Shown piece after piece: positions 52,669-61,537 of a DNA stretch of 64,000 nucleotides (the stretch's first letter is position 1; the number at the start of each line of letters is the position of its first letter). The notes beneath the pieces were generated by a model. That model searched no databases. It was not told the DNA's origin and saw only the letters and a program-made list of their open reading frames with translations. This stretch comes from Archaeoglobaceae archaeon (GTDB lineage: Archaea > Halobacteriota > Archaeoglobi > Archaeoglobales > Archaeoglobaceae), in contig JALSQI010000002.1 in NCBI GenBank assembly GCA_026985525.1, positions 131-64,130 of the forward strand, in the 5' to 3' direction. Position numbers and translations under genes: made by a program.

Positions 52669-53534
52669 AGTGCAGTATTTGTGGTAAAAAAGCAGTAGAG
52701 AGATTGAGACAATACAAATTAAATTTATGTAAAGAGTGCTTTGTTAAATTTTATGAAAAACAGGTGGAAAGAACTGTAAAAAAGTATAAAGTTTTTAAGA
52801 GTGGAGAGAGAGTTCTTGTCTGCATTTCTGGTGGAAAAGATAGTGCTGCTATGCTTTCAGCATTAAAAACTATTTCAAAAGAAATTGAAATAGAAGCTTT
52901 TTATATAAATTTAGAAATTGAAAATTATTCAGATGTTTCTTTAAAGAACGTAAAAAAACTGTGTAATGAGTTAAATGTAAAATTAAATGTTGTTAATCTT
53001 TCTGAGTATGGTATATATTTAAGTAAAGCAGGAAAAAAGAAATGTTCTGTATGTGGTACTGCAAAAAGATACATAATGAATAAATTTGCAAGAGAAAATG
53101 GATTTGATTGTGTTGCAACAGGCCACTGCTTGGATGATATAATTGTTTTCTTCTTTAAAAACTGGCTTTCAGGAAATTTTGAATGGAGTACGAAATTTTT
53201 ACCGCGAATGGAGGGATTTGATAAAGTAATTACAAGAGTGAAGCCCCTATATCTAATGAGTGAAAGAGAGAACGCTATTTACTGCCTATGTAAAGAATTA
53301 CCATTTACAAAAGACAATTGCCCCTATGCCCCAAAAGATGATTGGAAAGAGATAATATATGATATTGAAAAAAAGAAACCGGGGTTTAAAAGAAATTTTG
53401 TAGCCAATTTGCCTAAATATTTAAACAGAAAAACCAACTTAGAGTTTAAACATTGTACTATCTGTGGGGAGGTAACAACTGCAGAAGTGTGTGCATTCTG
53501 TAAGTTAAGAAAATGGATGGAAGAAAGGAGATAG
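52665..53534 (+). CDS. TtuA/NcsA-family PP-loop tRNA 2-thiouridine synthetase
   Basis: N-terminal zinc finger CSIC..CKEC, PP-loop SGGKDS, Fe-S ligands CSVCG and NCPY, and a C-terminal zinc finger CTIC..CAFC. ATGA overlap with the HARP stop. Confidence 0.7.
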   Translation: MKCSICGKKAVERLRQYKLNLCKECFVKFYEKQVERTVKKYKVFKSGERVLVCISGGKDSAAMLSALKTISKEIEIEAFYINLEIENYSDVSLKNVKKLCNELNVKLNVVNLSEYGIYLSKAGKKKCSVCGTAKRYIMNKFARENGFDCVATGHCLDDIIVFFFKNWLSGNFEWSTKFLPRMEGFDKVITRVKPLYLMSERENAIYCLCKELPFTKDNCPYAPKDDWKEIIYDIEKKKPGFKRNFVANLPKYLNRKTNLEFKHCTICGEVTTAEVCAFCKLRKWMEERR

Positions 53535-54317
53535 TATGTATTTAATTGCGATAAACAGGACTATCAATGCAAGAGAGGTTCTTATAAACTTTTCTGGAAA
53601 ACGAATCTGTAATTTGGCACCGGTGTACATACCTAAGATGCCTCCCAGACCAAACATTAAACCAACAATCAAGTTTGGATAGTATCCAAAACTTGAGTAA
53701 TAAAAACAACTTATTATGGATGTCACGAAAGTTGAAAGTAAAACAGCACCAGAAACATAGTAAACGGGAAACTGAAAGATAGAGATCAATAATGGTGAAA
53801 GAAAAGCTCCTCCTCCAACTCCGTAGGCTCCAGCTACAACACCTATGATGTAGGCAACAGGTACCAGTTTATAAATTTCTACTGAGTAGTACTCCTTCCC
53901 AAACTTAAACTTTAAACTTAGATTTGATTTCACTTTTTTCTTAGACTTTCTTTCTGTTTTATACAACAATCTAAAAGACATATATAACAAGACAAAACCC
54001 GCAAAAACTTTGAATTTTTCAGGACTTGGCAAGTATTTAACTCTCAAGTAAACTCCAGTTAACATACCGGGTATAGTCCCAGAAAGAATGGATGCTGCCA
54101 ATTTAAGACATAATCTCTTTTCGCGCCAATACCCGTAAACACCACTTGGTATTGAAATCACATTGTACAATAAATTAGTTGAGCTTGCTACTGGAGATAC
54201 AATATTTAAAAAACTAATTTGAACCGGTAATAGTAAAAAAGCACCTGAAATTCCGGCTTGAGAGGTTACAAATGATATTACAAAGGCTATTATTGGCAAT
54301 AGCAAATACGAAAGCAT
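53505..54317 (-). CDS. TauE/SafE (DUF81) family membrane protein (copy 3, divergent)
   Basis: 270-aa polytopic protein with DUF81-like repeats (GISGAFLLLP and GVGGGAFLSPLL). Low GC. No DUF1634-like partner. Confidence 0.6.
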   Translation of the reverse strand: MLSYLLLPIIAFVISFVTSQAGISGAFLLLPVQISFLNIVSPVASSTNLLYNVISIPSGVYGYWREKRLCLKLAASILSGTIPGMLTGVYLRVKYLPSPEKFKVFAGFVLLYMSFRLLYKTERKSKKKVKSNLSLKFKFGKEYYSVEIYKLVPVAYIIGVVAGAYGVGGGAFLSPLLISIFQFPVYYVSGAVLLSTFVTSIISCFYYSSFGYYPNLIVGLMFGLGGILGMYTGAKLQIRFPEKFIRTSLALIVLFIAIKYILSPFFHPFS

Positions 54318-54374
54318 AAACTATATCGATCAGCATAGAAATATATTTTTCGAAATGAATTGCAGTATATATCC

Positions 54375-54716
54375 CTATCTATGTAACTCTTTTTCTTCTG
54401 CACCCATTACAGCCAACAATATGTTCGCTTTCAGAGTTTGCTCAAAGTAATTTTTATCAGGCTCAAGAACTGCAAATTTCTTTGGAATCGGTATTGCAAG
54501 AACTTTACCACGGGAATACTTACCGCCTACAACGATGTTCATTTCACCCGGACTGTCTCTTGAAACAACGAGAAACAAGTTTTTGTCCCTATTCCCAGAA
54601 ATCATTTTCATCAAATCTTCAACGCTGTGTTTCGAAATCAAGTTTCTGAAAATTCTATCGGCTAGTTCTTCAGCATCGTCCAGTTTACTCTCGGCTTCCA
54701 ACCTGAGTGAACTCAT
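54375..54716 (-). CDS. hypothetical protein
   Basis: 113-aa ORF with no recognised family. Confidence 0.3.
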   Translation of the reverse strand: MSSLRLEAESKLDDAEELADRIFRNLISKHSVEDLMKMISGNRDKNLFLVVSRDSPGEMNIVVGGKYSRGKVLAIPIPKKFAVLEPDKNYFEQTLKANILLAVMGAEEKELHR

Positions 54717-54818
54717 TTGCCTGCATGTCGTTCAGCAGTAATATAAACCTTGTTGTTTTTTCGAACAATTCAAAAACGGCAAAAACATTATATTCTTTTG
54801 AAAATAGTGCAAGAAGTG

Positions 54819-55379
54819 ATGAGTTACTACACAATCGAAAGGTTCAACAACTGGATTGAGAGAATAAGAGACGCAGACATTGACTTAAACGACGCTGAAT
54901 CTCTAACTGTATTTGATAGAATGGTTGACGATTTCGTCGTAGCGTGCTTAAACGTTATAAGAGCTGTAAAAGACAGAGAGCTGACGAAAAAAGAAGCTGT
55001 AAAAGAGCTAAAAGAGATGGAAAAAATTTTGATGAGTGATGTCAAATTTGAAGAAAGTATAAAAAACGAATTTTTCGAGTTTATCAGAGAAGGGTTAAAA
55101 GCAGTCATTCGCTCAGCAATTTACTGCGTTGAAGGAAAAGTCAGCAAAAAGAATTTTAGTGCATTAATTAAAGACGCTTTGAAAAAAGAGCAGAAAGGAG
55201 ATATAGAGGGGGCTTTAGACACAATAGCAAGGATGGGTGCAAAAGTTTTTAAGGGAGAGAAGTTGCCCGAAGAGCTCGAAGTTCCAGAAGAGAGCATAAT
55301 TATAAACTGGCTTGACGGTATAGAAGCGATAAACGCCACTATAATTTTAACAGAAATAGACTCATCAGAAGATGTTTGA
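54819..55379 (+). CDS. hypothetical helical protein
   Basis: I chose the start at ATG 54819, which has a TTATAT box about 30 nt upstream. The protein is acidic and helical. Family not confidently recognised. Confidence 0.35.
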   Translation: MSYYTIERFNNWIERIRDADIDLNDAESLTVFDRMVDDFVVACLNVIRAVKDRELTKKEAVKELKEMEKILMSDVKFEESIKNEFFEFIREGLKAVIRSAIYCVEGKVSKKNFSALIKDALKKEQKGDIEGALDTIARMGAKVFKGEKLPEELEVPEESIIINWLDGIEAINATIILTEIDSSEDV

Positions 55380-55710
55380 GTTAAACGATGAAGTCATAAA
55401 AGCTGCAAAAAAAGGTTTGAATTACGAGCTATATAAAGCTCTATTACTATCTTATGGAAAACGAGGAGAAAAAGCATTTTTTTATTTAAAGGAAAAAAGA
55501 GTAAAAAAATACAAAGATTTTTTTGTAGTCGTCGGTGAAAACGAGTATGTCGTTGAAGGAAATTTTTGCACATGCATGGACTTTCAGTTTAACTTGAAGG
55601 CGAGGAGTATGTGTGCACATATAATAGCTGTAAAGCTTGCGAGGATTATGAAAACTTACGATAGTTACGACGTTTACTATTTGGATTTCATGACTAAAAA
55701 GAAGCGATAA
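55372..55710 (+). CDS. SWIM zinc-finger protein
   Basis: CTCMDFQFNLKARSMCAHIIAV matches the SWIM CxCxnCxH pattern. 8-nt overlap with the upstream gene. Confidence 0.55.
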   Translation: MFELNDEVIKAAKKGLNYELYKALLLSYGKRGEKAFFYLKEKRVKKYKDFFVVVGENEYVVEGNFCTCMDFQFNLKARSMCAHIIAVKLARIMKTYDSYDVYYLDFMTKKKR

Positions 55711-55739
55711 CGTTAAAGAATTGCTGGGAAATTCGAAGT

Positions 55740-56234
55740 ATGCTTTGCAAGGAAGATATAAGAAAACTAATACTTGAAAAAAAGTTAATTGAAAACTACA
55801 TAGACTTAGAAAAGCAATTGCAACCGAACGGTTTTGATTGTACGCTGCACTCCATCTACTCTTTAAGCGGAGAAGGAAGAATAGATTTCGACAATAAAGA
55901 AAGAGTGCTACCAAAAGTAAAAGAGCTTGAATTTAAAAACGACTGGATATACCTTGAGAAAGGGTTTTACAAAGCCAGAATTAACGAAGTAATAAACTTA
56001 CCAAACGATGTTGCTGCTCTCGCTAGGCCAAGGAGTACTATGATCAGGTGTGGAGTTAACGTTCTTACTGCAGTGTGGGATGCTGGCTATAGGGGAAGGA
56101 GTGAAGTGGGATTAGCCGTGTACAGAGGCGTATGGATAAAGAAAAATGCAAGAATAGTTCAACTCGTATTTTTCAGACTAAGTGGAGAGAGTGAGGGTTA
56201 TAAAGGCATATATCAAAATGAGGGATTGATATGA
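55740..56234 (+). CDS. dut: dCTP deaminase/dUTPase-superfamily protein, probable archaeal dUTP diphosphatase
   Basis: 164 aa. LQPNGFDCTL, ARPRSTMIRCG and a C-terminal YKGIYQNE, typical of the Dcd/Dut trimeric family. Confidence 0.65.
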   Translation: MLCKEDIRKLILEKKLIENYIDLEKQLQPNGFDCTLHSIYSLSGEGRIDFDNKERVLPKVKELEFKNDWIYLEKGFYKARINEVINLPNDVAALARPRSTMIRCGVNVLTAVWDAGYRGRSEVGLAVYRGVWIKKNARIVQLVFFRLSGESEGYKGIYQNEGLI

Positions 56235-57052
56235 TAATAACAGACGATCACATGCATATATACAAGCACCTCCGCCTTAAAGCTATAGAAGAGTTCAAGA
56301 GAGCTGGAGGAACTCACGTATTCTTAGTTAATTTGCTGTCCAAGAACTACGGCGTAAACCCAAAAAGAGGGGAAGATTTTAAAGAAATTTTTGAAAAACA
56401 CATAAAAATGGTTGAAGAGGCGAACGAGATAGTTACGGCTTATGCAGTAATTGGTGTTCATCCAGCAGAAATAACGATCTTAGGGGAAAGGATTGGATAC
56501 AGAAAAGCAGCAGAAGTAATGATGGACGCGCTCGACTTGGCAGGAAAGTACGTTGAAGAAGGTAAAGCTGTTGCAATAAAGAGTGGAAGACCCCACTACA
56601 GTGTTAGCAGAGAGGTGTGGGATTTAAGCAATGAAGTTATGTTCCACGCCTTTGAAGTTGCGAGAGACGTTAATTGTGCTTTACAACTCCATACTGAAAG
56701 CTACAGCAGAAAAAACATAGAAGAGATAGCAGAAATGGCAAAAAAAGCAAAAATAAAACTTTATAGAGTAGTGAAGCACTTTGCACCTCCGAAAATAGAC
56801 GAGTTTGAAGAAGTGGGGATATTTCCCTCCGTAATAGCTATGGGCGATAACCATATTAAAGCGGCAACTATTGGAGATAGGTTTACACTCGAAACTGACT
56901 ACATAGACGATCCAGCGAGACCCGGAGCTGTTTTAGGACCAAAAACCGTCCCAAAGAAAGTTAAGGAGTTGCTAAGAATTGGTTTCGACGAAAAACTTGT
57001 AGAAAAAGTGTGCGTCAAAAACGTGGAAAAGGTTTACGGTGTAGAATTTTAA
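56231..57052 (+). CDS. TatD-related metal-dependent hydrolase
   Basis: N-terminal DDHMH metal motif. TIM-barrel hydrolase pattern with QLHTES. 273 aa. Confidence 0.6.
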   Translation: MIITDDHMHIYKHLRLKAIEEFKRAGGTHVFLVNLLSKNYGVNPKRGEDFKEIFEKHIKMVEEANEIVTAYAVIGVHPAEITILGERIGYRKAAEVMMDALDLAGKYVEEGKAVAIKSGRPHYSVSREVWDLSNEVMFHAFEVARDVNCALQLHTESYSRKNIEEIAEMAKKAKIKLYRVVKHFAPPKIDEFEEVGIFPSVIAMGDNHIKAATIGDRFTLETDYIDDPARPGAVLGPKTVPKKVKELLRIGFDEKLVEKVCVKNVEKVYGVEF

Positions 57053-57072
57053 ACCAACAATCTACTTATATT

Positions 57073-57819
57073 TCAACACTTTCTACCTATTACTATGAAT
57101 CCGGTATGCCAAACCCTCGTTAACGGTCTCGTTCCAACTCTTTTGAACTCGTAATCGTTTTTCAGTATTTCAAAACATTCTAAGTCTGTAAATCCTTCTT
57201 TTTTCATAACTTCGTAAACTCTTCTCGATGGTTCTATATAGGGGTTGTAAACTGCTATGTACGAACCAACTTTCAGCAATTTTTTTGCAGATGGTATAAA
57301 AAGGTAGTCATCTTTCATGTCAAGCACTATTAGGTCAAATTCTTTTTTAAAACCCTCAGCAACTTCGTGTACATCCCCTATTATTTGATGTACGTTCTTA
57401 AGCTTGGCAAGCCTAAAGTTTTCTCTCGCAATTTTTGCAAATTCAGCCCTTTTTTCAACGGTAACTACTTCGCCGTATTTGTTAAAGTAAGCTAAATAGG
57501 CTGCGATCATACCACTTCCAGTTCCCGCGTCGAGTATAAGTGAGTCTGGCTTTAATCCACACATAGCCACAATTGCACCTATGTCTTTTGGCATTATTGG
57601 AGTAGCTCCTCTTTTGAAGTGCCTAAAGAAATCTGACGGTGTAAAAGGCAGGATTTTGAAAGCGTGACCTTTATGCGTTTTTACAACATCACCGTAACTC
57701 TTTCCTTTAATTTCGCTGAGGTCTATAACTCCCTTGTGAGTGTGCAACTCCCCTTTCAAATCGCTGATCAAAAAACTATCTCTGTTGTCTTTTAGAATTA
57801 AGGGCAATTCAACTTTCAT
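57073..57819 (-). CDS. trmI: tRNA (adenine-N1)-methyltransferase TrmI (GCD14 family)
   Basis: RGATPIMPKD block and SAM motif ILDAGTGSGMIA. 248 aa. Confidence 0.75.
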   Translation of the reverse strand: MKVELPLILKDNRDSFLISDLKGELHTHKGVIDLSEIKGKSYGDVVKTHKGHAFKILPFTPSDFFRHFKRGATPIMPKDIGAIVAMCGLKPDSLILDAGTGSGMIAAYLAYFNKYGEVVTVEKRAEFAKIARENFRLAKLKNVHQIIGDVHEVAEGFKKEFDLIVLDMKDDYLFIPSAKKLLKVGSYIAVYNPYIEPSRRVYEVMKKEGFTDLECFEILKNDYEFKRVGTRPLTRVWHTGFIVIGRKC

Positions 57820-58147
57820 GTTTTTCCTGCAATTTCATTAAAGCTTCTGCTAAATCTCCCTTAGCTTCTTCAAGTGCCTTTCTCGCCTCTTCTTTGCTAA
57901 CTCCAGCCTGCTCAGCTATAAGAGAAACGTCTTCTTCGCTAATTTCCAAAATTTCTCTAATCTCGTAACTTCCCGTTACCTGAAAAGTTTCAACTCCTCT
58001 AGCCGACATCTTAGTTACGCTTGGATTTTTAAAAACGTACTCTTCGTTTTTTGTCCTTATTATCACTTCCACTGCTGGAACTTCTTCTATGTCTATGCCC
58101 ATCTGTTTCATCATCTTTTTTAGCTGTGCGGGATTTGTCGGAAACAT
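57809..58147 (-). CDS. nac: nascent polypeptide-associated complex protein (NAC alpha with UBA domain)
   Basis: The MFPTNPAQLKKMMKQMG start (ATG 58147), a NAC beta-barrel and a C-terminal UBA-like AGVSKEEARKALEEAKGDLAEAL. Confidence 0.75.
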   Translation of the reverse strand: MFPTNPAQLKKMMKQMGIDIEEVPAVEVIIRTKNEEYVFKNPSVTKMSARGVETFQVTGSYEIREILEISEEDVSLIAEQAGVSKEEARKALEEAKGDLAEALMKLQEKHES

Positions 58148-58236
58148 GTTCCTTAGAGTATTTTTCCAGTATATAACGTTACCCTGAGAAACCAAAAACT
58201 CAAAAACATTTTATATTAGACGGGTTATCAAATGGC

Positions 58237-58536
58237 ATGGTGTTAAAAAAGCTGAAACAGGAAGCTGAAATAGCGTTGAGACACCTCGAAGTATTGCAGG
58301 CAGTAATGGAAAATCAACCAATAGGAATATTCAAGCTTGCAGAACTGATGGATATGCCGAGACACAAGATCAGATACTCTCTAAGAGTTTTGGAGCAATC
58401 CGGGATAATAGAGCCGACTCAATACGGGGCAATAATTAGAGATGACGCTTACGGAATTTTGAACGATTTGAAGAAAGAGTTAGAAGACATAAAAAATTAC
58501 GTAAACAAGATGAGTAGTATTCTCGAATCCCTTTAG
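58237..58536 (+). CDS. small winged-helix protein
   Basis: 99 aa. IGIFKLAELMDMPRHKIRYSLRVLEQSGII is wHTH-like. Confidence 0.4.
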   Translation: MVLKKLKQEAEIALRHLEVLQAVMENQPIGIFKLAELMDMPRHKIRYSLRVLEQSGIIEPTQYGAIIRDDAYGILNDLKKELEDIKNYVNKMSSILESL

Positions 58537-58911
58537 TCATATTAAGAAATCAAAATTTCCAGTAGCATTTTTAATGTAAATTTTAACTATGCATACTCCT
58601 GTTTCAGGAATTGTATAGTTAACAGTATAGTTGACAACACCTCGCTCACCCGATTTATTAAACCACTTGTAAAAAACGAGTTTTCCATTTAACATTAAAG
58701 TCGTTAGTAAACTCCCACCAGAAACGTTCGCAACAAAAGTAACGTTCATACCCTTTTTTACTGGATATGCTATATCTCTAACACCAGTAGCCGAATTAAA
58801 CTTACAGTGCCATCCTTTTTCATCTGTATTAGTCGATATGCTTTCGCTAACGCAACCCATGAGAATCCCAGATACGATCAGGGCTGCTAATATCGTAGCT
58901 AAAACTCTCAC
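58537..58911 (-). CDS. small secreted/lipoprotein-like protein
   Basis: GTG start. Signal peptide with the lipobox-like LMGC. Beta-rich mature part with N-x-S/T sequons. Confidence 0.4.
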   Translation of the reverse strand: MRVLATILAALIVSGILMGCVSESISTNTDEKGWHCKFNSATGVRDIAYPVKKGMNVTFVANVSGGSLLTTLMLNGKLVFYKWFNKSGERGVVNYTVNYTIPETGVCIVKIYIKNATGNFDFLI

Positions 58912-58980
58912 AATTGTACTATCTCAATTAGGATTTAAATTTTTAATTATGAGTTCACCACATTTTTGTTAAAGTAAGCG

Positions 58981-60261
58981 TTATGAAATTCTTGTATATC
59001 TATAAACTATTGCAATAGTAGATGCAACTCTAATATTTCCTATTAGGGCTATTGCCAATAACAAGATTACAGGCATGTTAAGCAAACAAAAAATCATTTC
59101 AACAAATATTCTCTCGTCTCTCTTTCCAAATAAATACTTCATTTCTTTCAAAACGTAAGCACTAAAACCATAAGCAGCTTTGAATTTTTCGGTCGAATAG
59201 CTGACCATAACGCATCCAATTAAAGCAAACATCGATATTATCAGAAGTTTCGTTGACGTTGCCTCTCTACAAGCGTAAATAGCAACAGCAAGCAAAAAAG
59301 CAAAGTCCACGTATCTATCAAGTATTGAATCAATCCATTCTCCAAATTTCGAAGTTCTTAAAGATGCTCTCGCTATTTCTCCATCAATCCCATCCAATAT
59401 CGAGCTAAACTGATAAACTACTCCTGCTAAACCTATGTTCAAAAAGACTAAAAAAGCAGATAGAATTCCAACGAAAAAAGCTAAGAGCGTGGCTTGATTT
59501 GGTGTTACGTAATCAACAAGAAATTCCGAAATTTTAGTGGATATCTTTCTGTTTATCGTTCTCGAAATTAAACCATCCCCCTTACCTTTAACGCTCAGTT
59601 TTACCAGCAACTTCTTTGCTTTTTTTAAATCATCTGAGGTATCCACATCCATCCAGAACTCGCCTGAAACTTCACTTACAACGGGCTTTAATTCCTTCAT
59701 AACTTCAGACAATTCTACTACTTCTTTTCTCTCTGCAACTTTTTCTGCCGCTTCAAAAGCTTTGTTATCTAAAACAAAAAAGCCAGTATCTACGCAATCG
59801 AAGTCTTTTAGATTTTTTCCTATATCTTTCAACCTTTTCTTTTCGACTTTTACCTTTGTGGCTTCACTCACATCAACGTATTTCGGTTTGAAATCACCTA
59901 TCAATCCTTCGAGTTTTACTGCCTTTTCCACGAATTCCTTTGAGTAAACGTGATCACCCATGGTAAGCACAAACTTTGAATTTCCTACTGCATTTTTGGC
60001 GAGAAAAAAAGAATATCCGTTTCCTCTTTCTGGAACTGGATTTTTTACTACTTTGTAATTTATTTTACCTTTCCAATTCTTTTCCAGATGTTTTTCTAAC
60101 TCGTCGTTATCCTGTCTAACTACGAAAATAAACTCTTCGACGTGCTGTTTTAATAGTATTATCGTTCTGTCAACAATTCTCCTTCCCGCAACTTTTAGCA
60201 GAGGTTTAGTTTTATAGCCAATCCTTGAACCCTGACCCGATGCGAGAACCACAGCTTTCAT
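58981..60261 (-). CDS. bifunctional CTP:inositol-1-phosphate cytidylyltransferase / di-myo-inositol-phosphate-phosphate synthase (IPCT/DIPPS)
   Basis: N-terminal nucleotidyltransferase (VVLASGQGSRIG) fused to a membrane CDP-alcohol phosphatidyltransferase with the DGIDGEIAR...G...D...D motif. Confidence 0.75.
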   Translation of the reverse strand: MKAVVLASGQGSRIGYKTKPLLKVAGRRIVDRTIILLKQHVEEFIFVVRQDNDELEKHLEKNWKGKINYKVVKNPVPERGNGYSFFLAKNAVGNSKFVLTMGDHVYSKEFVEKAVKLEGLIGDFKPKYVDVSEATKVKVEKKRLKDIGKNLKDFDCVDTGFFVLDNKAFEAAEKVAERKEVVELSEVMKELKPVVSEVSGEFWMDVDTSDDLKKAKKLLVKLSVKGKGDGLISRTINRKISTKISEFLVDYVTPNQATLLAFFVGILSAFLVFLNIGLAGVVYQFSSILDGIDGEIARASLRTSKFGEWIDSILDRYVDFAFLLAVAIYACREATSTKLLIISMFALIGCVMVSYSTEKFKAAYGFSAYVLKEMKYLFGKRDERIFVEMIFCLLNMPVILLLAIALIGNIRVASTIAIVYRYTRIS

Positions 60262-60287
60262 TGTACCACCTCAAAAGAGTGTAAAAT

Positions 60288-60363
60288 GGTGCCCGGAGCC
60301 GGATTTGAACCGGCGACCATGCGGTCTTCAGCCGCACGCTCTCCCGAGCTGAGCTACCCGGGC
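60288..60363 (-). tRNA. tRNA-Phe (anticodon GAA), CCA encoded
   Basis: The reverse complement folds as acceptor GCCCGGG/TCCGGGC, D stem GCTC/GAGC, anticodon stem TGCGG/CCGCA with loop CTGAAGA, and T arm GCCGG-TTCAAAT-CCGGC. It ends in ACCA. Confidence 0.9.
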
Positions 60364-60409
60364 TCGTTGTTAATTTTAACTGAAAGGTATTTTTAATTTT
60401 TGGTTGTGC

Positions 60410-61537
60410 TTAGCGTAGTGTTGGGGGTTTATCATCCAAGCTTATTCCGGGTATGTATCCCCACTTTTCCTGAACATCTTTATTTAACTTGTGCATAATT
60501 CTGGATATTGGTATTTCAACTGGACAAACGTCTTGACACTGACCGCAATTTACACATGATTCTGCTACGTGTATAATTCTCGTTATGTGGAAAGATGGGC
60601 TTGGAGGTACCTTTCCACCCTCTATTAATGGTCTCCATGGATTTAATATACAGTCAATACAGTAACATATCGGGCAAACGTCTCTACATGCATAACATTT
60701 TATACATCTATTAAACATTCCAAACCAAAAATCTCTTCTCTCTTCAAGAGATTCATTTTTAAAGTAGTAATTCTGCCATTTTTTAGCCATATCTACTGCA
60801 AATTTTTCTTCCTCTTCTTTTGCTTTTATTTCTGCTTCGTTTACTCCTTTAAGTTCAACTATGTTGTGTTCAAGTGCTTTTTTAATTATCTTTTCTCCTT
60901 TTTTAGAACATATTTCAACAAATGTAGTCTTGTCTTCAGTACTTCTACCACAAGCCAAATCACACATTCTTGGAATTATAAATTCACAACGCTTGCAGTT
61001 TTCTCTTATACTTAGCCCCATTTTTTCAAGCTCTTCTAACTTTGTTTTGATTGTATCTCCATTTTTTATAAATACTGAAAGTTCATCTTTTACTATTTCA
61101 ATATTTTTAATGTCTTCTTTTTGTATTTTTAAATTTTTAAGTATTTTTTCAAGTGTCATTGGTAAAAATGTTCCATAGCATTCCAGCCCAATCATAAATA
61201 TATTTTCTATATCTATTTGATTTCTCTTTGCTAATTCTATTATCGCTCTTGCATCGCAAGGTTTGCAAACAACAGCAATCTTATCTTTAACATTCATTGC
61301 AAGCTTAGCGATATTTGGTGTAGCATATATTATATATCCAGAACATTCTACGACTTCTTCAGGATTAGAAGTTAATATTGGAGTATATTTAAAATTTTCA
61401 CCTTTTTTTACAGTTAAAACGTAATCAACAATATTTTTTTCAAGCATAAATTTCAATAAGGATGTTATAAATCCACCAAATCTCCCTTTTTCCCTTATTT
61501 TTTCATCTTTTGCCCAAGCTAAAACGTATTTACTCAT
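60410..61537 (-). CDS. fdhB: F420-dependent formate dehydrogenase beta subunit (FrhB/FdhB family)
   Basis: Colinear with my recollection of Methanococcus FdhB: KPCDARAI, NCKRCEFIIPRMCDLACG, TFVEICSKKG, RCIKCYACRDVCPICYC and SCVNCGQCQDVCP. Confidence 0.8.
   Translation of the reverse strand: MSKYVLAWAKDEKIREKGRFGGFITSLLKFMLEKNIVDYVLTVKKGENFKYTPILTSNPEEVVECSGYIIYATPNIAKLAMNVKDKIAVVCKPCDARAIIELAKRNQIDIENIFMIGLECYGTFLPMTLEKILKNLKIQKEDIKNIEIVKDELSVFIKNGDTIKTKLEELEKMGLSIRENCKRCEFIIPRMCDLACGRSTEDKTTFVEICSKKGEKIIKKALEHNIVELKGVNEAEIKAKEEEEKFAVDMAKKWQNYYFKNESLEERRDFWFGMFNRCIKCYACRDVCPICYCIDCILNPWRPLIEGGKVPPSPSFHITRIIHVAESCVNCGQCQDVCPVEIPISRIMHKLNKDVQEKWGYIPGISLDDKPPTLR

Noticed and set aside
60262-60409. 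tRNA-Phe as an integration site of a mobile element. I looked for an att-type partial tRNA repeat and an integrase.
   Set aside because: The window contains no integrase, no transposase, and no second copy of the tRNA 3' half. The low-GC island idea is kept as a finding, but a defined mobile element cannot be supported.
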